Assembly (NCBI GenBank): GCA_051362555.1
Contig: CM120641.1
Location: 26,604,401 to 26,668,400, forward strand
Direction: 5' to 3'
Length of the DNA: 64,000 nt
From: Lingula anatina
Taxonomy: Eukaryota > Animalia > Brachiopoda
Shown here one piece after another: positions 39,201 to 49,264 of the stretch (the first letter of the stretch is position 1; each line of letters starts with the position of its first letter). The translations under genes and the position numbers were made by a program. The notes beneath the pieces were generated by a model, which was not told where the DNA came from, did not search any database, and saw only the letters and a program-made list of their open reading frames with translations.

Positions 39201-42200
39201 TCCCCACGGGGATAAATCGATCTAAAAATCTGTGGGAATGCAGTCTAAAACTCTGGATCTACTAGTGCAGTTGAGTAATGTTATCAGTTTTTGTTTCAGT
39301 TGTTCTCACACAAGATCCAAGAACGCCATCAAAAAGTGATCTGCACTTGCTCAAATGCTGATGTCAAAGCCACAATTCAGTTTATAGTGAACAAAATCCA
39401 AAAATTGTAAGTGCTTTCCCATTTTATATGTTCTTTGATTATATTTACTGGAATATGACATCTTGTTGCATGTATATGCAAAGAGCTTTATGTCTTCTAT
39501 ATAAACACTGAAAAAAAAAGGGTTATTGGGAGTCATGTATTTTTATCATTTTTGGATGGTAAACTTATGCAGTAATTCCCTTGCTCTGGAAGCACAAGCA
39601 GCTGATAAATTTTTACATATTCCACAAAGTTATTTTAAAGCAATAACTATAACATTACAATCCCTTTTCAGCTGCCACAGCAACTCCAGAAACCCAAATC
39701 CCATCAAATTAGCCATAGTAGGGAATGATTCCTATGTGAATGCCATTTTAAAACCCTGGGTGGAACAGTTTGCAGCAAAGTCACCAGATTGGCAAGGCTA
39801 CATCAGGTTTCTTATCATACCACTGGGTAAGAAGCTTTTGAATTCACCTTGCAGTCATGCTAAAAAATTCAATAAAATGTTTAAGTTTTGACTTAACTTT
39901 CTTTTTAATCTTTGATATGAAGAACATATGAAAACAGTTTATTGAAGAAGTTGGATTGAAGCTGGCATTTGAAAAGTAGGCAGTCATGTTGTGAAGGATG
40001 TATAATACAGAAACAAAAATTTAAAAACATATTAACTTAATTCGTCCCTTTCATTGCAAACTCTTCAGCTGCCAAAGGACAATTAAATTGAATAGTATGC
40101 ACAAAACATTAAAAAAAACATACCTAAATATATCTTACTAATTGGAAGCCATTCCATTTCCTCTAAGGTGGTAGTGTGATAGGCAAGTACTTGGCCAGCA
40201 TTGACGGGACTTACAATGCAATATTTAATGACAGTCTCTGGAAAGACAGCTTTGACAAGACTGACAGCTTTCCTACAGGTGAGTGTATGGGTTTAGTTTA
40301 CTAAGATATGCACATGCATCTGTTCATAGATAAATAAATAAATGAATAAATTAAATAAAAGAAAAAAAGAAAAGAAAAAAGTATGTAAAATGACGTGATT
40401 GATTATTCAAAGATTTTATTTTAGATTTCAATGAAATCTTAAACAGAGTATCAAGATACCTGAAGGGTGCTTCCCAGGTTCTTCAGCTGCCATTGGGTGA
40501 AGCCATGTTGACGTGTAGCAAAGGAAAGAGGTAAAAAAATGTGATAGTTTCTTTGGCTTCCTGTTTGTTCTTAGTCATTCACAAAGCAATTTGCTGGTGA
40601 AAATTTTTAGTCCAACTAGATATTATTTTCATTTATTAGTCCAACTCAAACATTGTTATGGTTAATATGTGAACTTTCACTTGAACGTCCATTCAGATAA
40701 GTTGTATGGTATGTGATTCGTGTTACTTTTCTGGGTTTTCCAGCCACGAAGAGGAGTCTTCCCAAATATTCATTCCATTTATAAGTGTAAGTTCTATAAA
40801 TCCCAAGATAAATGAATTAGAATGTGTATTGCTGATCATATGAACTCAAATACTGAAGCACTTTTGCATTTTGTAAAGAAATGATATTCTATTAAATTTA
40901 AAATGGAACAGCATAATGTGTTTTATACATATTTGATTGATATTTCAGGAGATGCGTTTAGGGCCTACTCCAGGGGAGCTGTCCCAAATGTCAGGTAAAT
41001 TTTGCCTTGAGTCCAGTTTCGTTTCAAAAAAGAAAACCCACAACACTCTTACAATGGTCTTTCTATGTAGGAAAAATATCGCACTTAGAATCCTATTTGA
41101 TAATCTCAACTTTGTGCAAATATGTTAAATATTGTATTTACATATCTCCTGCAGTTGTCTTCAAAGGAAAGCTGTGTTATTCATTATTCTCAAACTACAA
41201 GAAAGATTTTGAAGACTTTAAATTCAGCTCCAATACAATAACACCCTTTTTTTCCAATCTACTCCTTGTTATCTAAATATCAAAGCTTCAAAAAGTAAAT
41301 CTGCTGTAGGAAAGGTTCCATGACAGTCAGTCTGTATTTGTTAATATATATTAAGATTTGTTTGTTAAAACATTAACACATCAAGATTTGAATTTGTGCT
41401 GTTGAATTGCCTTGCAGTGGACATAGATGACAGCCTGCCCACGGCACCTGCTAGTGGTACCCAGCTCTCCAGTTCTCCACCTGCAAGTTCTGATAAACAG
41501 AAAGACAGCCATACCCCACCCAACTCTCCCAGTGTCAGTAACATTGCTGCAACTCCAGCCAGGTAAAATGGTTTTAAAAACAAGGTGGTTGTCATGTAAT
41601 TCAAAAGAAAAATGAAAGACATTCTTTTGACCAAAATATGAGATAGCAAAAACTTGGAGATGTCCATGATTGTGACAGGTCTTGGTCAACTTAAAATTCA
41701 GTTCTGATTACATTAAGAGGGGGGAAAGAAAATCGTAGATTGATTTCCAGTGAATTTTCCTCTTCTTTAGTAACAGAAAAATTATGCTGAATATACGAAA
41801 CTTAGAGATTTCTTTTAATGATGACAAAATACAGTTTAAACTAACAGACCCTCTCAAACTTGGATATATTTGCTAGATCTGTTCTCTTTCTAAACTCCAG
41901 CCAAAGTATCAGCCCCTCAGTGTCTGGCAGTGAGTACCAGGAACTCCAGCTGGACTACTGGACTGTGCCAGGAAAGACGGAGAGAGAGGAGAAGAGCAAA
42001 AAGGAACCCAAAGACAACAAGTCTTCCTTGAAAACAGCATTTAGATCTATCAAAGTATCACGTCTCCCACCAAATGGAGAGATGTCGGGACAAACAATGT
42101 CTATGGTTGTTTATACAAAGGAAAAGAAACAAAAAAGTAAGAATTTTTGTGCTGATTTAGATAGTATTATTATTATTTTTTTTTTAATGCAGTATGCACA

Positions 42201-43167
42201 TTTTCATTTAGTTTGAGAGCTTTTGGAAAAATGGAGAATGTATGAATTACTCACAACGGTAAACAGTGAAGCAGACCAACAGAATAAGTATGTCAAAAGA
42301 ATGAATATCGGGTTTTAATATTAAACCTAAATGTATATTTATAAAACATTCATAAATATACACTTAAGATTTTAGATATTTTTTTCTGATTTATTGCCTC
42401 TAGTGATAAGAATTGGTAAGAAGTCAAAGGACACATCAGAAGCCAAAAGAGAAGCTGTGGAGGGGATCAGCAGGATGATCTGTACTACAAAGAGCCAAAA
42501 CAGCACTCTCAGTGGTGAGAATAAGAAATCTGGGTTTTTATTAGGAATAAGTGTTTTCAAAGTATACCTGAAGATGGTTAAAAGCAAAGAATTTTATTCT
42601 TTTGTATCAGAACAAAAGCAAGTTATTGAAGAGAACGATTAGCAGTGTATAACTTGAATGTGCATTGTTTTAAGAAAAGCATTAATATTGGACATAATGC
42701 ACAGAAGCTTCAAATGCTTTGTGGCAGTGTTTTTGCTTAACGAAGAGATTAACTTTTCATCAGGCATTTACTTTAAGATATTTTAAATACAATCTTTATA
42801 CATTGTAATGGGGTAACTTAAAAGTGTACGAAACCTTTCAGTGCATCTTTCATTATTATTATTATGCATCATTATCATTGCAAAAAGTATGCAGATCTAT
42901 CAAGTTACTTAGTGTATGTTTTAATTTTTCATCGATATGCACCAGTATGCATATGCAGTGGCTAATCACAATGACTTAATTACAGTATATGTGATTAATT
43001 ATAAGCAAATACAAACAAATTTAAAGATCTTGATTATTTATTTTCCAGTTGTAATTGATGGCCATGAATGGACGGGTGTGAAATTCTTCCAGCTGTCCTC
43101 CCAGTGGCAGACACACATCAAGCACTTCCCTGTGGCAATATTTGGACATGTGGAAACAGCCTGCTAG
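8743..43167 (+). CDS. PACS2: Phosphofurin acidic cluster sorting protein (PACS1/PACS2 co-ortholog), 22 coding exons, about 844 aa
   Basis: Exons 8743-8855, 22336-22435, 23675-23764, 30085-30210, 31500-31665, 32198(or 32195)-32334, 32680-32739, 33250-33401, 34098-34149, 34443-34505, 37506-37700, 38250-38351, 39300-39406, 39672-39826, 40168-40278, 40425-40530, 40744-40786, 40949-40994, 41418-41562, 41901-42136, 42404-42514, 43049-43167. All introns are GT-AG with consistent phases. Motifs: [92 protein letters not shown]. Confidence 0.95.
10999..11049 (+). repeat. Compound microsatellite (GTT)n(ATT)n
   Basis: Direct reading of the sequence. Confidence 0.9.
11597..11642 (+). repeat. Poly-T tract (about 46 nt)
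   Basis: Direct reading of the sequence. Confidence 0.9.
12053..12164 (+). mobile_element. 5' fragment of a non-autonomous Helentron/DINE-like (HINE) element
   Basis: TACCTCTGCCAAGGAGATAATGTTTTCACC, then a (TCTG)n-type microsatellite, then CTCAGAAAGTTATGAATGG...CATGACATTT. This is the usual 5' layout (subterminal hairpin, microsatellite, start of the core repeat) of animal HINE elements. Confidence 0.55.
12176..14530 (+). mobile_element. Helentron-associated (HINE/pearl-like) element with hierarchical tandem repeats
   Basis: Starts at a T-run with the perfect hairpin ATGTACAGACAC-agat-GTGTCTGTACAT (12181-12208) and a (GTC/GCC)n microsatellite. Large direct units begin at about 12193, 13077 and 14249. 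160-bp subunits carry GGTCAAGTTCGAAAAT...GGGCCATTATTGTAGAAGTTATG (for example 13291 and 13451). Confidence 0.7.
16475..16547. repeat. Perfect 28-bp inverted repeat with a 6-nt loop, followed by a partial direct copy
   Basis: ACTCCAAGCTACTAAGTCTAGTCCCTCA (16475-16502), loop gttagg, exact reverse complement (16509-16536), then AGTCTAGTCCCTCA again (16534-16547). Confidence 0.9.
17135..17392. mobile_element. Tourist/PIF-Harbinger-like palindromic MITE (family A)
   Basis: GACTGGGTTCCCATA...TATGGGAATGGTCCC flanked by TTA/TTA, with internal inverted arms (GCAGCTTAGATGTCTG / CAGACATCTAAGCTGC). Homologous to the copies at 18634, 32965, 39047 and 48250. Confidence 0.75.
17423..17679. mobile_element. 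Near-perfect fold-back MITE, Tourist/Harbinger-like
   Basis: GGCTTCGTTCACATGCAATGTCTATTTTCTAAATTCTA... pairs almost end to end with ...TAGAATTTAGAAAATAGACATTGCATGTGAACGAAGCC. TAA target-site duplication on both sides. CpGs are retained, suggesting a young copy. Confidence 0.85.
18634..18883. mobile_element. Tourist/Harbinger-like palindromic MITE (family A)
   Basis: TTA|GACTGGGTTCCCATA...TGGGAATGGTCGC|TTA, with arms CCCTGGGGAGTCTCACT / AGTGAGACTCCCCAGGG and GGCTTAAATGTCTGTCACGCCTA / TAGGCGTGACAGACATTTAAGCC. Confidence 0.8.
18973..19158. mobile_element. Palindromic MITE (family C)
   Basis: GGGCCCATTCAGAATAGGGGACTAACTAGTCC ... GGACTAGTTAGTCCCCTGTTCTGAATGGGGCC. Shares the CAAGTGGGTTGGCCATATTTGA core with the elements at 30627 and 32861. 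Confidence 0.75.
19247..19486. mobile_element. Tourist/Harbinger-like palindromic MITE (family B)
   Basis: TTA|GGCCCCATTCCCATATACACCATC...GATGGTGTCTATGGGAATAGGGTT|TTA. Internal body is homologous to 33547-33773. Confidence 0.75.
23456..23500 (+). repeat. (CA)n microsatellite
   Basis: Direct reading of the sequence. Confidence 0.95.
23787..23840 (+). repeat. (TTTA)n microsatellite
   Basis: Direct reading of the sequence. Confidence 0.95.
25263..25565. mobile_element. MITE with about 90-bp terminal inverted repeats and hAT-like termini
   Basis: CAGGCCTACCCAACTACCAGACTCGGCACCGAATGAT...TTCAAGGTGTGTGTCA is mirrored at the right end (...GTTGGGTAGGCCTG) with only a few mismatches. AGATA lies on both flanks; a clean 8-bp TSD is not evident. 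Confidence 0.8.
26902..26932 (+). repeat. (TG)n microsatellite
   Basis: Direct reading of the sequence. Confidence 0.95.
30627..31133. mobile_element. Tourist/Harbinger-like MITE with a second MITE nested at 30663-30952
   Basis: Outer: TAA|GGCCCCATTTACAACCAA...TTGGTTGTAAATGTGGCC|TAA. Inner: GGTTGCGTTCAGAATAGAT...ATCTGTTCTGAATGCCCTC, interrupting the outer left arm at a TAA site. Removing it restores pairing with the right arm. Confidence 0.8.
32347..32422 (+). repeat. (ATA)n microsatellite, about 25 units
   Basis: Direct reading of the sequence. It explains the poly-Leu ORF 32162..32461. Confidence 0.95.
32861..33220. mobile_element. Family C MITE with a truncated family A MITE nested at about 32965-33155
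   Basis: Outer: GAGCTCAATCAGAACAG...CTGTTATGAATGGGCTC. The inner segment (TAA|GGGCGTATTCCCATAG...) is nearly identical to the copy at 48250. Confidence 0.75.
33547..33773. mobile_element. Degenerate palindromic MITE (family B body, TTCACA-type ends)
   Basis: GGTGTGTTCACA...TGTAAACATACC ends. The internal CTGAATGCAATCAG..CCTGG..TTGAGTA..GAGTCCCTGC is shared with 19247. Confidence 0.65.
35590..35731 (+). repeat. Short tandem duplication (about 62-bp unit, two copies)
   Basis: TTTCAGAATTAGTGGATTT.CCATATAAATCA...AATTCTGGA.ACATGCTAATTTGTAGT at about 35590 and 35670. Confidence 0.85.
36240..36289 (+). repeat. Poly-T tract (about 50 nt)
   Basis: Direct reading of the sequence. Confidence 0.9.
39047..39245. 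mobile_element. Tourist/Harbinger-like MITE (family A, internally deleted form)
   Basis: TAA|GACTGGGTTCCCACAGATTT...AAATCTGTGGGAATGCAGTC|TAA. Reverse-orientation relative of the 48250 copy. Confidence 0.8.
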
Positions 43168-46100
43168 CAGGACAAATAGAGAGCACACGAGTTTTGTCTT
43201 CAGAGGTCTCTTCATCAATTTATTGGCCGGTGCGCACATTTTATTGTTGTAAAAATGGGGGGAACTCATGCTCTAGGTGTGGGTGTTCATGCATCACATG
43301 CATTGAAGCTTAGGTTAAATCTTGGACATAAATCCACAACGTTGTCCGTTGTGTATTGCCTTTGCATTGTACCATATAAATACCTAACAGAGATTGAAGG
43401 AGGATTTTTTTTTTCATATGGTTCAAGTGTTCCAGATTGCATTATCTTACAGCTCACTAAAACAAACTTCAATTTAAGAAGTTACATTTAACAAGTTTTC
43501 CATTATTCAGAGAAGGGTGTTTCTCATTTCACCAGTGTTTGGGGGAATACATTTCATTGTTGAAAATTGGATTTCATTACCCAAAGGAATTTTTTTTTTT
43601 TTTTTTTTGCATATTGTACTTTGCTACCCACATTTATTGTTGTCATTCTCTTCCTAGGTGCAATGAGATTACCTGAATAATTGTAGTAAAACCATTATAT
43701 ATGATATGAAACTGTTTTTTAACTGACCAATCATACTCTCCACTGTACTGGCTGTACTATTGTTAGAATGTGTAAAAATTATATATACATGTATTGAACT
43801 CCTGGTCAGTGTTCAGCTTATTCCTGTTAAACAGGCTGATCTTTAGTTGACTTTGTAACAAGTTTTTATATGTGCCAAAACAATGTGTAACATGACTAAA
43901 ATAGCTACTGATAACAAATATGGATAGACAAAATGTATGGGTTGGTTTTAATAGGTTCCCCTATTTTCTGTTTGCTAAGTAGGTTTTTATTGGTGCTCTA
44001 GCATTTGTTGGTGAGCAAGCAGAGAGCTGCTGATGTGTACGGTGCTCCACAGATTACAGTAACCTGTAACATTTTGCTGATTTGTATGTGAATAGTGCTT
44101 TCTATAGGTCTGAACTGAAAAGCTCCACTTCTGACTGGTGGCCAGCTGCTGTAGATGGCTGCAGTGTGCCTTTTTTTATGTCACAGTTATTTACTTTTGT
44201 CCAGAGTTGAATTACTAGCTGAACCATTTCTCTCTCTCTCTCTCTCTCTCTTCAGTACTTTTTGCACATTCTGAAACAACGCTCATTTATTAGAATAAGA
44301 AATATTGTCTGATTCTTATTGGTCTATCTTTGATATTTTCACATTTTAGACAATTTGGTTGTGATGTTTGAAATCTTTCAGTATGTGTTGGCATTTTAAG
44401 TTTTGAGAAAATGTAAATTGGGCATCGAATCTTAATTAGTATTGTCTTCAGTATAGCATTGTTTATTCCACCATGGAGTTGACTAAAAACAAATAACTAT
44501 TCTCTTATGTGGTAAAACAAAAAGGCTCATTTATGTTTGTTATTTGAAATATTTTGGAAGAAATTGAACTGAGAATCAACTTACAACTTAAATAATGCTG
44601 AAGAGAAAGTTTTTTTTTCTAATTAAACATATTTTGACTGTGCTCTGGAATCTTAAACACAAAAGGCTTGAGCATCAGTTGCCATTAATCTCCTTAAAAA
44701 ACATCATATACATAAATCCTACATTCTAGATCAATTTTATTGTATTCAACTTCACCAAAATTCTTTTCTTGTTGTTATTAATTCTAGTTGTGATGATAAA
44801 TTTCATTTATTGACTTGTCCAATTTAATAGTTTAAGAAGATTCATTATTAGTCATATAATGCTAATTATTTAAAAATTGTTATTTTATCCCACTGAAACC
44901 CCAGACATTTCTACTCTTAAATTTATGAATTAAATGTGATGTGAGATCAAATTTTTATGTTTTTTTTCATCAAGGTGAAGTTAACCAGGCTTTATTGCTT
45001 TTAATCAAAGTGTGCTTTATGTATATTTTACATTTGGTGCTTTTAATGCTTGCATGTGGCCTTTCATTTTCATTTTCTTTTTCTTTCAATGCAGAATAAT
45101 CATCAAAAAAATGCTCCTGTATATTAGATCCTTCTGGTACATACTTCTCGAAAAGAACAAAAATGGTGAGCAGTTTATCCTCTTTTTCTTATTTTATGAT
45201 TTCTCTAGTGTTTTCTGTAAAAAGGCATTTTTCAGTGGCTTCAAAAGAAAGGTTTTCATTTCCATTGAGAAAGTTTGTTCATACCTGTTTTTTAGTCTGA
45301 TGCTGTAGTGATCTTCATTATAATTAGGACTTTTTTCAAGTAATTTGCTCTTACTATAGGGCTGTGTATTTATAAATCAACATCAATCCTGCAATAGGAG
45401 TTAGATAATGTTTATCAATGTGTTTAATATGATTGTTGAATACCTCGAGGTGCAGGGCCAATATCAAAATATTTCATGTAACAGGAATTGTCTTCGTAAA
45501 GAAAATATTGTAAAGAAATAATCACGTTTTTGATCTCTCTGCTGGGATTTGTGTAGCACTAGTAAAGTTAAAATGAATTGAATTTGCAGTAAAAACTTAG
45601 ATTCAAATGTTCCATTCACTGAATTTCACTGTGAAGATATTCAGTGTCTTATTCTGGTTTCAAAGTTGCCAGGTCTCAGACAATCTTAGACATTGGAGAG
45701 AGTAGCAGGTATAATTCTGGGTGTACTCAGAGTTTATTCATTTCCATTCAGTATTCAGTTGAAGATATATTTCTTAGCTCATTAGCTTAAAACAAAAATA
45801 TCAACAACAAAAAAATTGGTGCTTATTTTGCCAATACCCAAGCAATATGATAATGTTTGTGTTCAATAGTTCAGAATGCGAGGTAATGCTTAGTTATATC
45901 GTAAATAAGGTGTTAGAATATCAGTCAAGAAATGTTCTGGCTTTTACTGTTACAGAAAGAGGCATTCAGTGTGTTGTAGAAGATTATTTTGTACAGGCCA
46001 ATATGAATTATTTCCTCTAAATTTATTTTGCACGTTTATACATAGATGTTACAAAACCATTTATTTATCTGCATTGTGATCTCCAAAAATTGTTTTTTAA

Positions 46101-46386
46101 ACAAGCGTGGAGAGAAAGGGTAACACAGATTATGAAAAATAATCTTACTTTACCTAACATTAACTTCAGTTGAAACCACACTTACATCACAATTATTGAA
46201 TAATTTTGTTAAGTCCAAGTGTATTAATGATGTATGCATGTACATTTTATACAATAAAATGCTATGAAATATCATGTTTGTTCAATATCCTGTTCACTGT
46301 CATACCAACTGGTGATCTGATTCTGTAATAGTGAATTTGCTACCATAGTGTATTGAACCACACAACTTATGGGCTTAATTCTTTCC

Positions 46387-48675
46387 TTATTTGACAGTAA
46401 TCTTGGCAGCATTTTTATCAGCTACCGTGTACTTGTCCCACTTCTTTTCTGGGTCATAAGGCTCCCATCGACTGGCAGGGAAAATGTGCTTGTTGCGTTC
46501 ATACCAGCTCCTCAAACAGACTTTCCCTGCGTGAGACTCGTCTTTCTCCACTCTGGCATCGCTGATCATGCGCACATCGTCATGTACATCAAAATTGAAC
46601 AGCGGTCCACTTTTCCCTCGCGCTTTTGTTACAATGAAATCATAGAATGTATAGTGCTGTGGAATTATCAAGTCTTCTTTCACGTACATAAGCTGGTCAA
46701 CAGAGCATGATTTTAATTCGGCAAACTCCTTTCTGAGTGTTTCTAAGCACCGTTGAAGAAATTGTTGAATGCTGTTTCCTTTCTTCATTTGAACAGTCCT
46801 TCGGTGACCTGAGCCATCCCAGTAGCTGTAAGTTATTTCAATGTTTTCGTTCTTTAGCTCTTCCTGTTTAGCAGCCCACTCCTGCCTTAACTCCTCCCTA
46901 CAGAAAAGACAAAAAAAATATTTAATTAAATCAATCATCACTCTAAGTTTATCTGTATGTAAAAGCATTGTTACACAATCTCCCCACCCTGAGTATCAGT
47001 GGACACTTTAATATTTCTTATTAATGCAAGCCTGTCTTATCTAGAATTTGTAGGCATGCTGGTAATTGATCTGAAACTTGGGGTGATTCCCCCTATAATA
47101 GTGTGTGTACACCGAGAAGGTTCAAAAACAATAAAGAGACCATATAAGGATGTATTTAGCCAATAAATATATAAAATGTACAATATCAAGAATCAAATTA
47201 CCCACTAAAAGAAACAATGAGCTAAAACGCTTTAAAAAAATAGCAAAGAATTAAATAAATTTAGGACTTTGTATTCAAAAATTGTAACACACTTTCATCA
47301 TAACTCAAATTGCTTTTATGGGAGATAATTTCATGGTATTAGAAACAACACTTTCGTATACCTGATCCTGTTTTCTTCTTCTTCTCTATCCTTGTCTGGT
47401 AGGAAGCTTGTGTCTACATCTGGATTCATTCCTGTTGTAAAGAAAAAAGCTTTTGTGGTTTTTATATCCATCAACCAATCAGGACGATGACTGAGCATGA
47501 CAAAAACTAGCTTTTTAATCAAAATTTGCTCGCGTTTAGTTACACAGAGAAGTGTAGCACACAATGTACGTAATTCCAGTGCAAAGTGAAAAATAATTCT
47601 AATAATTTTTAGTTAACATCTTGAATTATTTGGTTTGATTTAAAAGGTATGGGTCACTGACTGTATTGTCTTACCAAGCCTCTTTTTCTTCTTTTCTGTT
47701 TCAATTGACATTTTCTCTTCAGTTTTTTGTTGCTCTTCCTCCTCCTCTTCTTCTGCATCTTCCTCCACATCAAATGACAACATAGCTTTCTGTAAATAAA
47801 AAGTTTTTTTCCCTTTTTAATATGGTCCTCTGGTATTTTTATTTAAAAAAAAAGATGACCGCTTTTTTTCACTTTTAATTTTTTGTCAATGCTAAATTTG
47901 AAAGTTTTTGTAACATGAATGGTAATTTTAGTATTAGAAAAATACTATATTCAGCAAACTTCACCTGTAATGCCCTTTTCTCTCTTTTTTTCTTTTCTTT
48001 TTCTCTTTCCTTATCCAACTTGCTAGCCCTTTCTTTCAGGGCAAGTTGTTTTTCTCTCTCTTTTATAACATCTTCTTGCTTTGCTTTCATTTCATCCAGT
48101 GTTACAAGACCTAAAGTCCAAGAAAAATACCATTGTAAACAACCAACTCTAAAAATTTAAGTCAAATACATAACATTTGTAAAACACATTACATTAATTT
48201 AAAATGCATTTTAGAAACATGAGTCCTACTGAACAACATCAAATACATAGGCTCTATTCCCATAGATTTTAGATCGATCTATCCCCGCGGGGAGTCTCAC
48301 TAGATTATTTTCAGATAATCCGACTTAAATGTCCGTCCCGCCTACTACAAGCTGTAAGAGGGTAATTAACTTTCATGTCCGCCCGGCTGACAGCTATTTA
48401 GCGTGAACCCCCAGGGAGTTAGGTCGATCTAAAGTAGGTCGATCTAATCTATGGAAATGGGGTGTTAAACTTCAATTCTTACCAACTGTATCCGATTTCA
48501 ACTGCTGTTCTATAGCATCATAGTGTGCAGCAAACTTATTATGAATGCTACCAACTTGCAGTTCCTCTTCAATTTTCTTCTTCTTAGCTTCCATCTCATC
48601 GTGCTCTTTCTGTCGTTTCTTTATCAGCTGCATGGCTCTCCCTGCTTCCTTGGATGCTCCCTTGTAGAACGCCAT
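46387..48675 (-). CDS. FAM50A: FAM50/XAP5 nuclear spliceosome-associated protein, 5 coding exons, about 344 aa
   Basis: Exons 48675-48483, 48110-47965, 47789-47675, 47431-47362, 46897-46387 join in frame (1035 nt). Motifs: [85 protein letters not shown]. Confidence 0.95.
48250..48464. mobile_element. Tourist/Harbinger-like MITE (family A) in FAM50 intron 1
   Basis: GGCTCTATTCCCATAGATT...AATCTATGGAAATGGGGTG. High identity to 32965-33155, and to 39047-39245 in inverted orientation. It ends 18 nt from the exon 1 donor. Confidence 0.8.
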
Positions 48676-49227
48676 CTTGGTCTGCTACACAAACGAACAG
48701 GGAACTCTGCAACTAAGAGGTATGTTTCTCTGGGTAATTAAATGAGGAAATAAATAAATTTGAGTATTAATCCATATTGTACTATTATAATTAATAATAC
48801 GCCCTTATTTTTTGAGCCACCAAAGACAAAACAACAAAGAGTTTGTCAAATCGACTGGCAGTTCTCTGGTTATGCAGTGCTGATTACCGAAATCTATCTT
48901 ACCTTTACAATAAGTAAGCCACGGATGGTCTGTTATCTTCAATTTGATAAAAAAAAATCTCTGAATGAATGAATATCGTATCACTAACAGAGAAGTAGAG
49001 TGACCAACTTCTAGAACGGTGCGAGAATTTATGATGTCCTGAAATGAAAAGTAACAATACTTATCATGAGGTCAAATGGATTGTAAGCAGAAAAACAATT
49101 ATCTTTCATTAAAAAAATATCAGATAATAGTCTATTGTGCTTGTAAAGTGTGAAATTGGAGAAATATTACAGAAACCTGGATTCGGAGTTTCCTCAGTTA
49201 CCAGGGGTCAAGGCCAGATTCTATGAG

Positions 49228-49245
49228 TACCCACAATGCACCTGG
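49228..49245 (+). promoter_or_regulatory. ZNF143/Staf-binding (SBS)-like site in the divergent FAM50-NOXRED1 promoter
   Basis: TACCCACAATGCACC matches the Staf/ZNF143 consensus. It lies about 25 bp upstream of the NOXRED1 ATG, in a 589-bp head-to-head gap. Confidence 0.55.
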
Positions 49246-49264
49246 TTAGTTGATAGAAACCAAG

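Noticed and set aside
46369-46710. 113-aa + strand ORF
   Set aside because: Antisense shadow of the conserved FAM50 exon.
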